DNA of 64,000 nt from a virus (IMGVR_UViG_3300029928_000005:34117-98116); one strand, 5' to 3'; shown: positions 32,501-39,838, counted from the first letter of the stretch. The notes: generated by a model from the letters alone, not told the origin. Numbers and translations are program-made.

Positions 32501-33835
32501 CTTAAAAATTTCGCTTATAGTCCTCAAAGTGCTGGTGAACATTATATGCAAAATACAGTTCTTCTTGCTATGTTAATGAGTAATAGAATATTTAAAGAAG
32601 GAGGTAGATATGTTATTAAAGATTTTAATGCTTTTCGATATGAAGCTGAATTAACAGCTATAGAAAAAGTAGTTAGTGAAAATCCTGCTATTGCTGGTTA
32701 TTGGAAAGGTTTTAATAAAAGTATAAAAAATGATGCTGAATTACTTAGAGCATATCAATCTAGAAGTAAAAATATATTTGAAGATTTTCTTGGATTATTA
32801 GATAGCAATACTAGAAATAATTTAGCTGATAAATTTGCTCAATATAAAAAAGAAGCTATAAATCAAGCTAAAAAAGATTATGAATCTGGAGAAAGATTAA
32901 TAAACCAATTTGAACTTAAAAATGGTGTTGCTAGTTTAAAATCAGATAGTCATATAACTTTATTAGATATTGGTGATTTTGTTGGTAAAGTTCGTGCAGT
33001 TAATAAATTTATTCATGGTACTTATGATAGAACTGGAGCTGCTACTTTAGAATCTACGTCTCCTATAGGTAGTATAATTATGCAATTTCATAAACATTTA
33101 CCTATTGGTATTCGTAAATGGTTTAGTAAACAAAGTTATTATAATGAAAGTCGTCAAGCATATCAAAAAGGTATTTATGCTAGTTTACTACATTTTATTG
33201 GTGGTGGATATGGACGCGCTAATACTCGTGTAAAAGCAGGAAATTATATTAATAATTATGATAAACTAGTTGCTTACTTTAAAGAATATATTAAAGCCAC
33301 TCTTAATCTTGCTTGGGATATGGCGTTTAATTATAAGATAATGGATGAAACTGATAGAGCTAATCTTCGTAGAATTAGAGGGCATCTTATTATGACAGGT
33401 TATGCAATAGCATCGTATATTATGGCTTGTTTATGGTTAGAAGATGATGATGACGATAAACTTGCTAATTTATCTCTTTATGTTACTGATAGATGGCTTA
33501 GCGAAATTAATATGTATAACTGGACATTTATAGGCGAAATGGGTAAAACGATAAGTAATCCAGCAGCTGCTATTAGTAGTATTAAAGATATGCTTAAACT
33601 TACTTCTATTATTGGTGAATGGATGATACTTGGTGATGATTTTGTTGAATCTATTCTTACAGGTCAATATGCTGGAGAAAGTAAATGGCTAACATATCTT
33701 GAACGTAATATTCCTATTTGGCGTAATATTGAAAGAACTATTAATATTGATAGACATAATAGATATTATAAACTTCAAGATAATCTTGGTGGACTTGTTC
33801 CAATGGAAGATGTAATAGATTTCATTGGTTATTAA
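20510..33835 (+). CDS. virion-packaged DNA-dependent RNA polymerase (crAss-type, single large polypeptide)
   Basis: 4441 aa; catalytic GSDFDVD (about 25478-25498), GYRIPTEGKQS, DDAQSY, LYRQQ. Confidence 0.9.
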   Translation: MADCNYNFSSDKRINSIIQSIAGNDIQYGNDLLNIINSKGFASILSKSDEEVKQSLIDYYNKKIFNPSKSTKLSKRSGLFGFANMIVANDAKEYFASYANKLNYVMLLHNMNTANNVEFIIAKFRKDISEELIKRVDEKYLTDDELTQWNEAKNADETAGNKSIVNRFKFAIVYFNNHRNDLNIPNAERNANYADLVKASRTNDFYVYARNHSKINDLFKDVNVESINLGEENTDEFSDDFDATEELSGTAQWNFGDDIKNSSQLISAVVKQKINGLPRLSSPIPTEVDGKKIYLEDRSNTIGTTQTLDYKEVSAELFDICANTNAGTNIDNFMIELLKLATTKKDFYGLRILYDEAGGSQPNDLAYALFKDFCKPVKDNVEIDIETDGSIKYRQSNVKNNSKRKMYYDLINDIKYTASNSNFTVIPEMINHINSLLDKAVFVGTDNIKPKDVREKETTNIINQAISEVQILYKTIFPSIDIKAIDSFVNKNILQNDRRNAIKQLVNIIYDVKNIDNNKQFLYNIIASAYSNYLSQKQHNAQVYSAYKKELDAYNEIAGQDGGIAKRPEVPSMIIDDSYYRSNSMWRIIDDITNLLSPYSKINIELNGRTIDGKNQSDVVYNNWLYNVINATHNKGTLTAILQDKMRSDEYKYSNLLVSGNNHYGLFTYNPATKQYEISNVGTQLLRTFYMNGISNRQNGTNAKYTNMSDSDFFYFGYLAFITSLDDYYALNTGDKTNIPKASYLMRIAADSPKNMILEAPKYSLKQLYGINDNTLTAYVNNELSKLRFGFGNVSVFTDKMNNGKTYNTEIEFAKAILSRINSKEEYEANIKEWVSSTKHGSKIADNYKIGDKVYWSINYKAGGQITKAVFSATISDRNIKGQSTTIKAKDFNFEGFLIPGNTDMTNPPVGDEIVSKLSNEFKEQYTQSVLTNKQYDTNSSIFNQLRNLVFSEIQMALRSKYAMFGENGTTLLLNPKQLYNDAHIKNGKYEENGKLVGNLFKFNRLYDIDLGNGKYFNIGDFEYEGRKLSEWINISSTGGLAQSNIDYSIDGKNINFNLVEKQKEALDAAITEWINLFIANEVEIIYNEFNKTFENLDKTRLTEYMLNYTLMLNNMDDLFEGNSAFYKDAQTFTKRAKEYVAGGTAYGGRDMYNFSSTNEIKDKIIGTDGKQLSYQKSNGQIVPIVTRKSYIGVTIKNIVRPVDTADDIYKELTNKETGISKERADELIENFKGDVKVDDAQSYITIYEAIRRIKLLGEYPKYANLITQLLNGAELTDVDPKLLNSFIQVAKNYYFDHKYDDIFNIHVPRQIKNAEFILIPQFVKGTQLEVVLQFMIDNDIDQLNTQETSKAANANIINIWDENYNLKDLKGKEVLDELNSPGVKSQYSYNFLYRQQEVPQHMKDAKNKAGIQIMKKILDNLNEAGNKLKGASEKFVNNYIANIEEDFENLCNELDIKFDENYNLISRSGNPINFAKFNQLGLEQMQRLGVDSNTFDYFTSVVANDDATVNTVMPEFMNIIGNKLENICMAIFTNNIARQTLPGWHAAQVTSPGFKKLKVNTKEDGTQDEQIVKWAKDLKYHSNGENVIQVMLPRWAANLYGISDEAIINSEISTMIGYRIPTEGKQSVGILKVVGILPDAYGSTIIVPDGWIAQTGSDFDVDSIYGIVYEHYINKKNKSIVKIKRNENTDEDNTWLRYTNYVIRNAESKLKREKQLAFNDEQRADINSRISAMYDATYKKNSDEYNNLLATNAEQESKRYKELPDKIREIVNSILQKKTILYNERLKLLIETLTKINKSNNRILNEFIDINQQRLQIMKDSKFGLEYAFSNINSKELFNLLRKEDYHKKIKEIAEIAGLKTFNEFKKLNIDRQQSRAARNNAILEAAIEILQHPKNLEEMMGTSHFEDIKTAKRIIDDYVGETKVHRSVYSLKDQIFFRRNSMGGAILKAFSVNRDTINSINNVVKTELAQPILVRYASPTGGLTVNTSKIDNSYIIKDGFVVHKGLGHSKNNRNVVGQLITSYSSQTTAHILDAVKEGAIPNENPYTFGTYKTLLDVGMDHYHAMLWLRQPAISYIVDGYYQTQSVFNRSLANPINIAIREIAKNIVFEDGSYAGEKGQIINNSTAISIIEENILNKLGINLQEQLDDIKIDFNDIIATYNRPPVERGNEYYVRLLKQVYTFKAIRDISNNIEAHGRILTADKYGATENFFKNRKKFYDIYDLYNNGKASKLLVGETTLLEAVIPGSSSIAINNDEGVGRIIEDINEGIRRFMKAGENKRSSYPTLNTFFRNCLVPSYLIASEKFSTEKPVFVNAINNLGFILNNSLDEETYNQFKKYVLTYMYRETAHNLAHDIIVDNEGNIKAIDKATPLDRLYGTNYDIDNEFNCENINNPTEEEYNKFHNLNVANKVQFIKSNITVSDDNIFNYLTTNLHNAYEIANSGLAKQTINFDDEGQNIDQIYRLFNEAMDNNNRLIKDTMIDIIKYAFYVEGFNFGRNNASKCISNKALYSTFEEGGINIIKDIKSGIDIVNEATLYDANLYEDFVRGHSKSKIISSHNIKFINKVSEIANNYIGNDIYMFDLNDKIQYGRAIDLGIIRELSEGYSKTNYIVFSNRGNETLYKCVYKDGDIVYLHPLNLLENYEYGESVNLKNIKHLQPEDYQSLINLHYEDIAAYKTQANNLYNEYLKNKKTSATTQVVGVPNNEYFISEQLENNERGIDGINNFINRINTHFSKPNVSLGYFWIINPILRSNFSKLNTISYQRIQDNNGEEHLYTIKRVQRDISKLKYLEKDSSTEELDKILKDNNITFSDDIYLVEKINERPEEPTRMDSSISFADDRIDISDLGRVNMSMYQSMKIQARRSNDNPAARTLRRLRRQRINLNSVQSIEENRELGIIITADYYEEQANNITRALNKFMGDESINNDSVIQALIDEDENMTFDGPIKTRFVELVLKAITFGDNIQMIYNVSTDDLSKNTKKAIDKIKNSIDKVKNNSIAKDAVIKYMDRFLSRYSTNPDIKAGKFLLSEMIDVDETKLNFMFQDSLEIRDAVVQIFLRLINRKLNEGNIKSKQLVDDIEHKINEIKKEAAGAGEVIDINKLVNKETGTIGTRFIKQFLIDKAKYDEDYSDAVLVYGEYSPQAIRAQQRRNNWYAQNVEQELPDSYYNEINNIMNQICNDDDMLNLYCQYSQISSEIKDIQALTDKTDEQYIQLEKLIQQRNEIVSPHLNIDGQIDDKLADKKDLLSKLLYDRIAVQNKYYKYEGSENFKDKLKSALEIIDKYKDMSIKDRYRIKEYQNAVDWINNNTNYTLGTEFYSKFKESIDALSSEDSEHDSTIKDIMNEHKNIQYKDYKGEIDGRKFTREEVAKIKAAKEEKYKKNGAKLIRNRSDETRIFSKEFYDSMSGGKERANSDYRNQIINDINAILIDALDTNTGKVYLSNLTIEQLRELRPLFEELYNYDKVNNPKATNNRQFFLSHVEIKSDVNTVIKDRQIAESKNDSDYMEAFNAVANLHRDKAGLYQDDTLNTGNDYIYSYPVPKYDYFIDDKKTKAKQWLNENVTYELTEYYYDAAREAKLNDTYEQWYKDNHVYNPYTHKEEPLPIWTNLKTTPQSKYQGEFRPTFINSNTTPKVINNNYEKGGINYKGNNYNNGVKLNRYEEKLLKLMLNTMKSLAINGNARTTYAKRQFPFRRRNDKNTTSFAKGVLNFVGVATSSKDYGGLNDNIGAAFDKDVPNESYQEFYDGRIKEKEPMPKRQEGMSDSTYANIIKEWRERNREIDEANNKIIESLREDNVEEAFLNYINSAANVNTREAIKNDLYMLIAYYDNIKQTYKTGFLGNMIQDRVVNDDDYKLYKINERTKNNTVRHLRILANRILFNQFRQNTRLDKVFSTLQGFTSAKYMMINVQGGISNITTGSSNIAMEYHAGQYFNHKDWENAKFLYMTNAFGYILNAGQDKSNNLYDAIFKLCGVIDYEAINERRITDFTDPNTYIEKLKNFAYSPQSAGEHYMQNTVLLAMLMSNRIFKEGGRYVIKDFNAFRYEAELTAIEKVVSENPAIAGYWKGFNKSIKNDAELLRAYQSRSKNIFEDFLGLLDSNTRNNLADKFAQYKKEAINQAKKDYESGERLINQFELKNGVASLKSDSHITLLDIGDFVGKVRAVNKFIHGTYDRTGAATLESTSPIGSIIMQFHKHLPIGIRKWFSKQSYYNESRQAYQKGIYASLLHFIGGGYGRANTRVKAGNYINNYDKLVAYFKEYIKATLNLAWDMAFNYKIMDETDRANLRRIRGHLIMTGYAIASYIMACLWLEDDDDDKLANLSLYVTDRWLSEINMYNWTFIGEMGKTISNPAAAISSIKDMLKLTSIIGEWMILGDDFVESILTGQYAGESKWLTYLERNIPIWRNIERTINIDRHNRYYKLQDNLGGLVPMEDVIDFIGY

Positions 33836-33863
33836 TAATAACAATAACAATAACACTACAATT

Positions 33864-33894
33864 AAAAGCTGGACTAGCAATAGCTCCAGCTTTT
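33864..33894. terminator. bidirectional terminator where the two transcription blocks converge
   Basis: AAAAGCTGGA-ctagcaatagc-TCCAGCTTTT. Confidence 0.8.
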
Positions 33895-33931
33895 ATTTTA
33901 TTTATACCATGATTTAGTTCCCCAATCCAAT

Positions 33932-33967
33932 AAAAAAGAGAACCTATACTCTTTTGTATAGGTTCTC
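33932..33967 (-). terminator. intrinsic terminator
   Basis: GAGAACCTATAC/GTATAGGTTCTC stem with U-tract on the - strand. Confidence 0.75.
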
Positions 33968-34145
33968 AATTATAAATAATATAATCTAATAAATAATATA
34001 CAGGAAGCCATACAAAAAGAATATTTATTAATACAGCTAAACCTAATATATCGCCATCACTAAGAAAATCATGATTTTTATCTTTAAAAACAAAACCTCC
34101 TATAACAGAAATAATATAACCAATAAAAAATGAAACAAATAACAT
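33966..34145 (-). CDS. small two-TM membrane protein (59 aa; not in ORF track)
   Basis: Manual translation MLFVSFFIGYIISVIGGFVFKDKNHDFLSDGDILGLAVLINILFVWLPVYYLLDYIIYN; bracketed by terminators. Confidence 0.55.
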   Translation of the reverse strand: MLFVSFFIGYIISVIGGFVFKDKNHDFLSDGDILGLAVLINILFVWLPVYYLLDYIIYN

Positions 34146-34160
34146 AATATTAATACAAAT

Positions 34161-34190
34161 AAAAAGAGCTGATAGATAACCATCAGCTCT
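34161..34190 (-). terminator. intrinsic terminator
   Basis: AGAGCTGAT/ATCAGCTCT stem with U-tract on the - strand. Confidence 0.7.
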
Positions 34191-34363
34191 ATATTAACAA
34201 CTTTAAATTATATATCCATGAACATTCTCCGTAAGAGAAGGATTAGTATTCTACTCTTTCAAGTCTTCTTTTTATTAAATGAATTAAAATTAGACTTTCT
34301 GAGCTTGTTTCTTTGTTTTGTGTAGGATTATTCATCTTACGATTTAAAATTGAATACAAGTCA

Positions 34364-35584
34364 TCAGAGTGTTGGAATTTGACTTGCTTGAATGCGTTTA
34401 TACAAGTAATACAAAAGCAAGTCATTCAACGGTGATGGAAATTGAATAGTTCCATGAACATCATTATTAATTCTATCAATAGTATCACAATAAGACTTAC
34501 CTCTTATATCAAGATAATATACCAAACTATTAATATCAACAGCACTATCGTCGAGGACAATAGGAGCAATATTTGCTTCAAAGGCTTCATTGCTAGCATC
34601 TTTAAGTGAAACATTAAATCGTTTGGTAAATATTTCTTTATAATTTCCATTATACCAAATGCCTGACGTAGCAGCATAACAGTAATAACTATTATGTTTG
34701 AAGTCGCTATTAGTAATAAGACGATATATAGGTTCATAAATTCTATCAAGAACAAAAACAATACCTTTATAAATAATTTCTCTTAAACTATTAAATGTTA
34801 GACCCCCCGTAGGAGAAGTATTGAAGAAAAACTTAACAGCAGCTTTAGTACCACCACTATAATACCAATTATTAGCACCACGTTTAACTTTAATATTTGG
34901 TATATAATGATTATCTCTATCTTGTTGTCTTTCCCATGCTTTAACTTTATTTTCATTAAAAGTAGGAAGATAAGTATAGAAATGAACTAAAGCACTAAGA
35001 TAAGGATTATAAATAGTATATCCATTATTTTGGATATAACTATTAATGTCTAATCCAATACGTTTAGCTTTTTCATTACCTTCACTAGCAAGTTTAGCAA
35101 GAATTGGATTCATATTCCAAATTTGGTCTTGACTAACAAAAGGACTACGACAAGGGTCTTCAAGTTCTTTATAATGTAACATTCTAAGATTTGATTTAAT
35201 GTTACCATCTCCAAGAATATCATCTCTTAAAAAGAAACCATCTACAACTCCTTGTTCATCAACATACCAATTATCAAAACTACAATTAATATAAGCAGCA
35301 GCAACTAATCTATCATATACTTCTAAAGCATGAACAAGATTAATAGGACTTTCAATACTCAATTTCTCTTTCATCCATAATAATGTCCATAAACCGGCAA
35401 GATTAATAGTACCATCACCAACATCACAATAATGACTTCTGCCTTGATTAAATATAATTAATTGATAAGGAATATTACTACCAGAATTATTACTAACAGT
35501 ATTATTATTATCTAATTCATAAAAGAAGTTGTTCCAAAAGAACTCTTCTATTTTTTTAAACTTTTCGTCTACTGTCATTTGCAA
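34364..35584 (-). CDS. hypothetical protein (406 aa)
   Basis: Long ORF with enzyme-like segments (GFFLRDD, SPFVSQDQIWN); function not recognised. Confidence 0.85.
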   Translation of the reverse strand: MQMTVDEKFKKIEEFFWNNFFYELDNNNTVSNNSGSNIPYQLIIFNQGRSHYCDVGDGTINLAGLWTLLWMKEKLSIESPINLVHALEVYDRLVAAAYINCSFDNWYVDEQGVVDGFFLRDDILGDGNIKSNLRMLHYKELEDPCRSPFVSQDQIWNMNPILAKLASEGNEKAKRIGLDINSYIQNNGYTIYNPYLSALVHFYTYLPTFNENKVKAWERQQDRDNHYIPNIKVKRGANNWYYSGGTKAAVKFFFNTSPTGGLTFNSLREIIYKGIVFVLDRIYEPIYRLITNSDFKHNSYYCYAATSGIWYNGNYKEIFTKRFNVSLKDASNEAFEANIAPIVLDDSAVDINSLVYYLDIRGKSYCDTIDRINNDVHGTIQFPSPLNDLLLYYLYKRIQASQIPTL

Positions 35585-35849
35585 TATGTTTATTAATTAT
35601 AGCATCAATAAAATATTTGGTACAAGTACCATAAATTATATCAGAAGAAATATTATCACTTCTAATAATAGTGGTTGGATATTGCGGCTTATCCATTCCA
35701 TTTTCTATGGGGGGTATAGCACCGTCTCGACTAAGAAGACTATGAATTGTAATTTCATGAGGACAATCATTCATAATACTTTTAATAATATCCTTCATAA
35801 TCTTACAAGCAGCACAACCACTTTTGTCATAAAAATCAATGTGTACCAT
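35556..35849 (-). CDS. thioredoxin/glutaredoxin-like protein (CxxC)
   Basis: Start reassigned to MVHIDFYDKSGCAACK; cis-Pro motif YPT. Confidence 0.75.
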   Translation of the reverse strand: MVHIDFYDKSGCAACKIMKDIIKSIMNDCPHEITIHSLLSRDGAIPPIENGMDKPQYPTTIIRSDNISSDIIYGTCTKYFIDAIINKHIANDSRRKV

Positions 35850-36111
35850 TTTTAATAATTTGTTCATTAATCCAACTACTAATTTTAACAAAACTATGAA
35901 CACCTTCAAGTCGTTCTTTAGTTTGTTTACAATAAAGAGTAGGGGCATCAGTAACCCCTACTTCTTTACATAAACGAGGATTAAGTTCCATAACTTTTCC
36001 TTTTAAACTAACCTGTTCTAGAAACTCATCATTAACAATTTGACTAACTTTATCTGCCATAGTTTCTGAACTAATACAACCTTTAGTTGTAAAAAGAATC
36101 AAATCAAGCAT
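35836..36111 (-). CDS. thioredoxin-like protein (CxxS)
   Basis: Start reassigned to MLDLILFTTKGCISS; GVTDAPTL and RLEG thioredoxin-fold signature. Confidence 0.65.
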   Translation of the reverse strand: MLDLILFTTKGCISSETMADKVSQIVNDEFLEQVSLKGKVMELNPRLCKEVGVTDAPTLYCKQTKERLEGVHSFVKISSWINEQIIKNGTH

Positions 36112-36364
36112 TTCTAAAATTAGCATTAAAATCTTTAACAGTTCTAATGTAAGTAACTTTTTGTCCATTTTTATCAGCGAAAACAGGACTATAAACTACT
36201 CCATCTTTCCATTCACGAGTAGTTTCATCTTTAACTTTACAAAAACCAGTAATAACATAAAGATTATTAGTTTTATTATGATAATACTGACTATAAAGTT
36301 GAAGATTTTGAATAGCATTTATATTAGCCATACTAATAATATCTACTAAATCACTTAAATACAT
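36104..36364 (-). CDS. DUF1653-like protein
   Basis: YYH.K...Y.I....VVY....Y.R...F...F pattern. Confidence 0.6.
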   Translation of the reverse strand: MYLSDLVDIISMANINAIQNLQLYSQYYHNKTNNLYVITGFCKVKDETTREWKDGVVYSPVFADKNGQKVTYIRTVKDFNANFRNA

Positions 36365-36367
36365 ATT

Positions 36368-36955
36368 TCAACGCCCAGTCGACCCGTGCCCGTTTGTACC
36401 TCTTTCGGATTCTGAAAGTTCATTAACCCATTCAAATTCAATAATAGGATAAGGTTCAATAGCTATTTGAGCAATTCTATCTCCTATTTTATATGGAGCT
36501 TGATAAGAAGCATATTCTTTTATTTTATCTTTATCAGAAACAATTCTATTACTAACATCAATAACACTATAAGCAACAGCTTTTATATCATCAATTCCTT
36601 TATTAGCAACATTTTCAAGAAATTTATCATTTCTCATAGCAGTTAAAGAAGAAGAAACTCCATTTCTATCTTTAAAACAAATAAGAACTTCTCCTCTATA
36701 ACCACTATCAACAATACCTACATGATTTGTCATATAAGCATGAGTTTTACGATTTGAACTTCTTGGATAAATTTTCATTACATATCCTTTTGGAACTTCA
36801 ACAGCCCAACCTGTATGATAAATATGACAATCTAATTCTTTATCATATTCATAATCTACAGCTGTAACATCCATTCCGTAATCACCTTCTTTAGCATAAG
36901 AAGGCATAACTGCATCATCTCTAAGTTTCTTTAATTTAACTTTTAATTTGTCCAT
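36368..36955 (-). CDS. dut: trimeric dUTPase
   Basis: GMD, PRSS, GIVDSGYRGE, RIAQ, RG..G.GSTG motifs. Confidence 0.95.
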   Translation of the reverse strand: MDKLKVKLKKLRDDAVMPSYAKEGDYGMDVTAVDYEYDKELDCHIYHTGWAVEVPKGYVMKIYPRSSNRKTHAYMTNHVGIVDSGYRGEVLICFKDRNGVSSSLTAMRNDKFLENVANKGIDDIKAVAYSVIDVSNRIVSDKDKIKEYASYQAPYKIGDRIAQIAIEPYPIIEFEWVNELSESERGTNGHGSTGR

Positions 36956-36967
36956 TTTTACAATAAT

Positions 36968-37543
36968 TTATTTATTAGTTCGTAAATCTTTTATTTTAAT
37001 TCTACCATAACCATCTTTTTCACCAGGTCTTCCATCATAAAGACCAATATAATTTTTAATAAATTCGCTATAATCTCCTTTAAATATAATATTATGATTA
37101 ATAATAAATATATCTTCTTCATCAGTATTAGCTATTATATTAGCTTTTACCACATTACAAATAGTATTTTTTAAAGTAGCTACTGTAAGACCTATAGTTT
37201 TAGCAGCTTTTTCTTTATCAATCTTTATAATATTACTATTGAATTTAAGAAGACCTATAATATAAAGAACTAATCTAATATCACTTCCATTAAGATTACA
37301 TATATGAAAATGAATATTTTCATTAACTCTTACAAAAGGAGTACTAACATAATTAGTAGTACAAACACTTATAATAGCATCATTTTGAAGTTTAGTATTA
37401 TACTCAACTTCTTTTTGAGTGATAGGTATTTCAAATATAGTTGGAACTATAGTTTGAGCTTTATCTTCAAAAGACCTATCAGCTTTTTCTCGAAATAGTT
37501 TTTTAAAATCTATTGTAGGCATACGTTTAATATTTATAAACAC
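36968..37543 (-). CDS. RepL-like winged-helix protein (copy 1)
   Basis: HTH (AAKTIGLTVATLKNTICNVVKANII) followed by FIINHNIIFKG, typical of the RepL family; start may be the ATG at 37522. Confidence 0.65.
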   Translation of the reverse strand: MFINIKRMPTIDFKKLFREKADRSFEDKAQTIVPTIFEIPITQKEVEYNTKLQNDAIISVCTTNYVSTPFVRVNENIHFHICNLNGSDIRLVLYIIGLLKFNSNIIKIDKEKAAKTIGLTVATLKNTICNVVKANIIANTDEEDIFIINHNIIFKGDYSEFIKNYIGLYDGRPGEKDGYGRIKIKDLRTNK

Positions 37544-37545
37544 TT

Positions 37546-37680
37546 AATTTGTCATGCTGGCAATGCTAAATTAGCCATTTTTGCCTTGATTTGTCATTCT
37601 CAGCATGACAAATTTTTTTTATAACATATTGATATTCAATGATTTATAAAAACAATAATAAATATCTATATAGATATATA
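37546..37680. promoter_or_regulatory. upstream module of RepL-1: palindromic operators, IHF-type site, AT palindrome
   Basis: TTGTCAT-N7-ATGCTAA (37549) and TTGTCAT-N7-ATGACAA (37591); WATCAANNNNTTR match on the - strand 37622-37634; TATCTATATAGATA near 37663. Confidence 0.6.
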
Positions 37681-37727
37681 AAACATTATCAATATCAATA
37701 TAAACAGTTCTACAATCTCTTTTAGCT

Positions 37728-37808
37728 AGACCCCCCGTAGAAGGAGAATGTTGAGCCATATCTACATATATAGCCTATGATACCATCCATTCCTCTACGG
37801 GGAATCTA
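37728..37808. repeat. inverted pair of CCCCGTAG motifs
   Basis: AGACCCCCCGTAGAAGGAGAATG ... CATTCCTCTACGGGGAATCT. Confidence 0.9.
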
Positions 37809-37820
37809 ACATTAAACATA

Positions 37821-38879
37821 TTAGCAATAAAGAAAATCAGCATCAAATGCTTTTTGAATCTTCTTTGCTTTATCACCATAAACAAGACTATCAAATCTCT
37901 TCATATTATCAACAGATGTATCAACATTACTAAGATAACCACTAACTGCATTAGCAGCTCCCCAAGCAGTACCCATATATTCAGCTTGACCTGGACCAGT
38001 ATGATAATATTCCCAAGTATCGGTAATCATATTAAGTTTACGACTACTTAACTTAAGACCTTCAACAGCCATCCAATTACGACCAATAATCATAGAATAA
38101 TCAATATTCATTTGAGCACGACGATTTTCTTCTTCTTCAGTCATAAATTGTTTACAAATATATTTCATAACGCCTTTATCAGACATCTTAATAATAGAAA
38201 GTCTTTCACATTCTTGTCCAAAATTAAAAGCAAATTTATGACTAATACCAAGAACTTCATTAGCTTGGTTAATTTTATTATGAATAGATTGAGTATGTCT
38301 AAAAGTTACAATATTATTAGCTCCTCGAATAGCAGCATTCAAAGTATTTTGACATATAACTCGAATAGGAGTAAATAATATTTTGACACCACTTGAACCA
38401 TCATGTGTATTAGTAAATACAAGATAAGTTTCAATAGGGTCTTTACCTTTTACAAGAATATTATCAGGAAGTTTAGCACTAACAAATATTCTTTCACCAT
38501 TACCAAATGCTCCAGCAGTTTGCCAAATAGCTTTATTTGCACCAATAGCTGCATCAAAGAAATTAAAAGCGTCTAAATTTTGAACAACAGTATATTTACT
38601 TTTTACATTACCAAGAGGTATATTATAATCAGTTCTATACGTAGCAAAACTATTAGGTACTTCACGATAAATATTACTTCCTTTGACAAAACCATCAGCT
38701 GCATTCATTCTATCAAGAGTATCATCAGATAAATCTTTAATAGGCATTTTAGCAACTATTTCACATTTAGCAACTTCAAAGTTAAGACCAGCCGTGAACA
38801 TAACTTCACGACTAGTCTTACAATGTTCAACATTTACACTACCTTTGGCTTCCCAAGGTTTACCTTTTACACTAAACAT
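37821..38879 (-). CDS. DUF932 family protein
   Basis: LG.V...Y.VVQN..AF.FFD, TAG....G..IF, NTHDGS, TPIRVICQNTL, GTAWGA.NAV. Confidence 0.85.
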   Translation of the reverse strand: MFSVKGKPWEAKGSVNVEHCKTSREVMFTAGLNFEVAKCEIVAKMPIKDLSDDTLDRMNAADGFVKGSNIYREVPNSFATYRTDYNIPLGNVKSKYTVVQNLDAFNFFDAAIGANKAIWQTAGAFGNGERIFVSAKLPDNILVKGKDPIETYLVFTNTHDGSSGVKILFTPIRVICQNTLNAAIRGANNIVTFRHTQSIHNKINQANEVLGISHKFAFNFGQECERLSIIKMSDKGVMKYICKQFMTEEEENRRAQMNIDYSMIIGRNWMAVEGLKLSSRKLNMITDTWEYYHTGPGQAEYMGTAWGAANAVSGYLSNVDTSVDNMKRFDSLVYGDKAKKIQKAFDADFLYC

Positions 38880-38880
38880 A

Positions 38881-39654
38881 TTATCTCATATTAATATATG
38901 GTTTAACAACAATACTTGCAACAGTTGGATTTATAATATTAGAATCAATCAATTCTTTAACCTCAATAGGATTAAGACAAGGTTTAGAATTAATAGCTTC
39001 ATCATTATCCAAACTTACTTGAAGTATTTCAACTTTGTCTCGTTTAATAAGATTAGCTATTTCAATACTAGCATTAAATTCAATTTTAACACAATATAAA
39101 TCATCTACTATAAAATCAGGGTCTTCTTCTTGAAGAAAACCATTTTCACGAGCATGTTTATTAATCCAATTAATAACATTATCGGGGTTAAAATCAAAAT
39201 CATCATAATCATTAATAAGGCAATCGTTATCATTAAGATAAGTAGCCCAATTTTTAAAACATTCTGCAAGAATTTGTAACCTATGTTCATCTACTTTAAG
39301 TCCTTTTCGATTAACAGTATAAAATTTAAAAGTATCGGTACTATAAGTTTTATTACCAGATTTACCATAATCTCCAAACTCTAATACAGCATTAAGAATA
39401 CTATTATTAAGTTTATCAACAATATTTCCTTTAGTCTTTTTAGCAGCTTGAAGACGTTTAATTTCATTAGAACACATTTCTTCTTGATATTTAAGAACAA
39501 GAATAGCTTTACGATAATTATCAAGTTTATCTTTCATTTCTTGTTCTTTAACTTCAAATTGTTGAAGTTGTTCATCAGTAACTTCACCACCTTGAACTTC
39601 AATATCTTCTATAATATTACGAAGTTCATTACTAATACTAAATAAATTATCCAT
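38881..39654 (-). CDS. siphovirus Gp157-like protein
   Basis: N-term LFSI..EL..I...IE..GGE and EIKRLQ..KK coiled coil. Confidence 0.65.
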   Translation of the reverse strand: MDNLFSISNELRNIIEDIEVQGGEVTDEQLQQFEVKEQEMKDKLDNYRKAILVLKYQEEMCSNEIKRLQAAKKTKGNIVDKLNNSILNAVLEFGDYGKSGNKTYSTDTFKFYTVNRKGLKVDEHRLQILAECFKNWATYLNDNDCLINDYDDFDFNPDNVINWINKHARENGFLQEEDPDFIVDDLYCVKIEFNASIEIANLIKRDKVEILQVSLDNDEAINSKPCLNPIEVKELIDSNIINPTVASIVVKPYINMR

Positions 39655-39838
39655 ATAGCTCTTTAATTTTATTAGTTACATGTTTAAACTCATTAACAGT
39701 AAGTTTTCTATTAAATCTAAAAATACCTAGTTTATAAAAAAAATGTCCAAGAGAAGTACGAACTTTTTTATTTGATTTACCATTATAAGTAATAATATCG
39801 TACTTCATCTTGAACCATTGTTTATTTATTTTGTTCAT
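39647..39838 (-). CDS. hypothetical protein
   Basis: Likely start MNKINKQWF within the 88-aa track ORF; overlaps both neighbours. Confidence 0.55.
   Translation of the reverse strand: MNKINKQWFKMKYDIITYNGKSNKKVRTSLGHFFYKLGIFRFNRKLTVNEFKHVTNKIKELYG

Noticed and set aside
33830-33860. (AATAAC)n microsatellite after the RNAP stop
   Set aside because: Short low-complexity AT-rich sequence with no evidence of function
1911-33880. Many 60-190 aa antisense or alternative-frame ORFs in the track (also throughout 34-64 kb)
   Set aside because: They are Ile/Phe/Ser-rich shadows of AT-rich codon usage lying within real genes
37629-37639. TTGATWWTCAA as an FNR box or dif site
   Set aside because: Spacing does not fit FNR (TTGAT-N4-ATCAA) and no 28-bp XerC/XerD arm structure is evident; an IHF-type match fits better
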